Shown here: piece by piece, positions 60,543 to 64,000 of the stretch | Position numbering within the stretch: the stretch's first letter is position 1 | Layout of the letters: every line of letters starts with the position of its first letter | Origin: Podarcis melisellensis | Lineage: Eukaryota | Assembly: GCA_964234715.1 (NCBI GenBank) | Contig: OZ174281.1 | Direction: 5' to 3' (one strand) | DNA length: 64,000 nucleotides | Position numbers and translations under genes: made by a program | The notes under the pieces: generated by a model | Database searches by the model: none | Told to the model about the DNA's origin: nothing | The model's input: the letters and a program-made list of their open reading frames with translations, nothing else

Positions 60543-63291
60543 ATTTGATGACAGGCTGGTTATCATAATAATAAGGGTTAAAAAAGTTTTTGCCTGATTT
60601 TACTTATGTATTTAAAATATGTATATACCACTTTTGAGGGTATGCTCTTTCAAGGCAGCTTTTAAGTAAAATAGAGCAGTACAATTACACACACACACAC
60701 ACACTCATAGCTAAAAGACGAAAAGATCAGCAACTTGCAAAACAGGAAAGCATTCCAAAATTACTAAAATTTGATCAAAGCCATCAGGAAAAGCAGACCA
60801 GTAATAAGTTTGGGAAACCCTTCAGGGGAAAGTCCATGTTAAAAAAGGTGAGTCTTCAGATCTTTCCAAAAGATCTGCGATGTTATGCTCTGGCAGAGTC
60901 CAAGAGGCAATGAATTCCAAAGCCACTTGGCAGATGCACAAAATTGTGAGCCGCTTTGAGCTCAATATTTGTAGTTAGAAAAGCAAAATAGAAATATTAT
61001 ATCAAATAAAAATGCTCTCTGCTTTCAACTTGCCCGTTTGAATGGTCCTGAAAGGAATGGAAGATGTGCACAACAGAATTAGGCTCTTGTGCTGCGTTCC
61101 TCAAAATTTAGTGGCACTTGCACTGTATGGGAAAACCAACCGGAAGACTAATTGTATATCAAGGAGGCAGTGATTCTAACATAGTTACCCTTCTTGCCTC
61201 TGTTCCTTCCCCCTCCCTGGCAGCTGTTGAGTTTTTGAAGGTGTGAGAACCTTCTCTGATGTCCTACCTAATCAGTTGGGAGAAGGTGAAGCCCCACACA
61301 CAGCTGCCTTAATCAGTCTGGGAGATTAGTGCTGGGAACCTTCTTTAATGTTGGAAATTGTTGTTGGAGGGTGGGGCATTGAAAGGAGGTGGTTATCTAT
61401 AAACTCAAATGGTTTGGAGAGGGTGATTTAGAAGCTCATGCACTGACTGATTGGCTGCAGGGCCCTGCAATCTAGGCTACTTGTGGGAGCCACTTTTTCG
61501 GGCTCCCAAGTGCATGTCCTGGTATGTATATATATTGCTTGCTATTTAGGAATAAAACCTTCTTAGTCATGTTTCATATTGCTTCTGAATCCCTAACAAA
61601 AGAACCACCTTGCATTTGGTAAGACATGCCCATGTGAATCTTCCACTTTATTGTTTCCTATAAACATAATTTAACAAATTGGCCCCCTAGACTATGTTTC
61701 ATTTTTATTCATTCATTCATACAAAATATATTTGATAATATTTTTTCTGAACAGGTAGTAGCAAATCTGTAAATATATGTCTGCCACCACTGATAAAAAA
61801 TGCTTTTAAAATTCTTTCCAGAACATGAGGAAAGGCAAGTGTGAAGCAGGATATCCTTAGCACAACACTCATTCTAACGGATATGGAAAGAGCCTTTGTT
61901 TATAATGGTTAAAAACACCAGTTTATGTTAGCTGGGGAAACAATGGTATCACAGAAAGCTACTGATTGTGAAGTATTTCTTTTATTGACATAGTTACCAT
62001 AAGTTCAGTGCTCTTCACTTTGAATCACAGAAGTGATTTGTGGAACATACATACATAAGCTAACATACATAGGCAAAGTGAAACTAGCCCAGTTCAGACA
62101 TAACTGGAAACCATGGCTTCCCCTATGTGAATGAGCTGCTGTGAGCCTTGGGCTTGCATCGTCATCCCTTCCCTCTCCTTTTTCGTGATCAGAAGTGTCT
62201 GCTTTTGATTTTTAAGTACCGTAACCACCATTCTCTCAGGTGTCTCATCTTAAGACTGGGCAATAAACTACTGTTTGTTTTACTGATGCAGCCTTTGTAC
62301 TTCCATCTACTTAAGAGCAAGCACCATTAAACACAATGTGATTTTTTTCTGAGTCAACATGCATAAAATCAAGCAGGCTAGCCTATTTTCCCATATCATA
62401 CTGTACTGTTGTTCATGAGTCGAGTCGTTTGCAAAGTAATCCTCTGCCTTCATACATTGCTGACTTACATGCTCATTGTGGAACTTTACACTCTTCCTTG
62501 TTATACAAATGATACAGATATGTTCCCATCTGATTTCCTTACTTGTGTTTTTGGAGGCAGATAAAAAAGTGTGATCTTTGAGAAAGGAGGAGGAGGAGAA
62601 ATGTTTGTTTGTAGCTGTCTATTTTCCTTGGCTTGGCAGTGACAGGGAGAAGCTGTTAACATTATTTTGACTACGTTGTGCTGAGAAACCATTTGGCAAA
62701 AAGCCTCAGAAATGGGAAAAGAGTTTTCCAGCACTTTCATGCACTCTGTTCTGCAGTGGAGCTTGCCTTGCTAGCTTTTTAAAAAAGAAGAGGAGGAGGA
62801 AGAGGAGAGATTATTGAGTACTTCAAAGTCAGGAAATGATAGCTTTACAGTTGCTCATGCAATCTTAATTTAGCTCACTTTCTGGTCTCTCCTGCGCAGC
62901 AACCTGCTGGTTGTCGACAGGAATGAAGTGCTCTGTAAGCAAGAGTTAATCTTCAAAATCAATCAGCATAAAGGAAAACTGAACCAGCTGGAAAGAGCAG
63001 CACAGTAACCAAGCGATACTGTCCTGCAATTTTCTCATTTGCTAGACATGGTAAATAGTTAAGAAGGCAGTAACATCTCCTTTCCTCATCCCTCTTTTCC
63101 CAGCACCCCAGTTATTGAAAGTCATCAAGGGAAGAGAGACAATCTTGGAGCATTGGTCTAAAAGAATAGTATTTCTACTTCTGTGTAGAACTTGTTTGCA
63201 TTTCAATCCCCCTTTCAGCTATAACCATTCAATTATATATGAAACAGTCAAAAAACAGCTACATTAATTTTGTTGCAAACAAGGTGCATGG

Positions 63292-63504
63292 TAGGGTTGC
63301 CATACGTCTGGAATTTCTTGGACATATCCAGAATACTGCAGTCAGCAGCAGTGTCCGGGTGGAAATTGGGGAAATCTCTGGGGAAATCCGAACATATGAT
63401 GGCCCATGTCAGCAGTGTCATTTTTGCCAATGTTCCAGAAAAATATCACAAAAGTGGCAAAGTTCAACAACTTTTCTGATCGGGTTTTTGCTCTGTCAAC
63501 CCTA
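63292..63504. mobile_element. Probable old hAT-type non-autonomous element
   Basis: Ends tagggttgcca ... tgtcaacccta form an inverted repeat (10/11); no TSD recognised. Confidence 0.45.
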
Positions 63505-63951
63505 ATTTACTAGGACACACATAACACACGTCATTAAATAAAATGAGTCAATCCAAACCCCTGTTAAATGTGCACTCAAAACCACTACGAGATTGTCAAT
63601 AACAAATGTTCGCCCTTTATGAAAACATTTCTTTTTCCTCAAAGTTGTTCCATTTTATGTGTACAGTTGCCTAAACTGTGGAACTTAAGCATTTACAAGT
63701 CTTCATATTATTATTACATTTGAATCTGGGTGAAAGGAGTGAAGTGATCTGTTACAAGGTTTCAGTTCTCTTTATGTGTGAGTGTAAAGAGTGAAATGCA
63801 AACTTCCTTCCATTTTTTAATCGACCTTTTCACTATGCTGTGACCAAGACCTGCTGGTTGGCTGCAGGGTCCACTACACTGCACCACAATGCCAGTCATT
63901 CCTGGTTATCAGCAAACAACCAGAGAAAAGGCAGTAAGGCAAGGTTTAATA

Positions 63952-64000
63952 CAGGCATAGGCAAACTCAGCCCTATAAATGTTTTGGGACTACAACTCTC
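63952..64000. mobile_element. hAT MITE, same family as 55775-55910, cut by window end
   Basis: caggcataggcaaactcagccctataaatgttttgggactacaactc. Confidence 0.85.

Overview
Eukaryotic DNA from a squamate, most likely a lacertid lizard. This is inferred from the repeat content: Sauria/Squam1 and Squam3-type SINEs, BovB, CR1, L2, Penelope and Tigger/hAT MITEs. The window holds one intact protein-coding gene, APCDD1 (membrane-bound Wnt inhibitor), on the minus strand. It has 5 coding exons (35264-35207, 26778-26595, 24180-23649, 8732-8411, 3958-3507; 1548 nt = 515 aa + stop), all introns GT-AG and phase-compatible, and a CpG-island promoter at about 35.4-36.3 kb with clustered TCF/LEF sites and two uORFs. 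The most unusual object is a complete ~1.9 kb processed pseudogene at 57.7-59.6 kb with a 15-bp TSD and a poly(A) signal. Its source mRNA encoded a KIF4 kinesin motor joined to a ~140-aa tail I do not recognise from KIF4A, implying a short KIF4-derived parent transcript or gene elsewhere. Other notable items: a 1.66-kb Tigger-type MITE with a nested palindrome/direct-repeat interior; a young hAT element carrying a CpG-island-like cargo; a SINE with a 62-bp TSD, one copy of which holds a 36-bp mini-transposon; Penelope hammerhead motifs; and a decayed Gypsy remnant. Most short ORFs in the track are spurious. Family names and human comparisons come from recall, not database searches.
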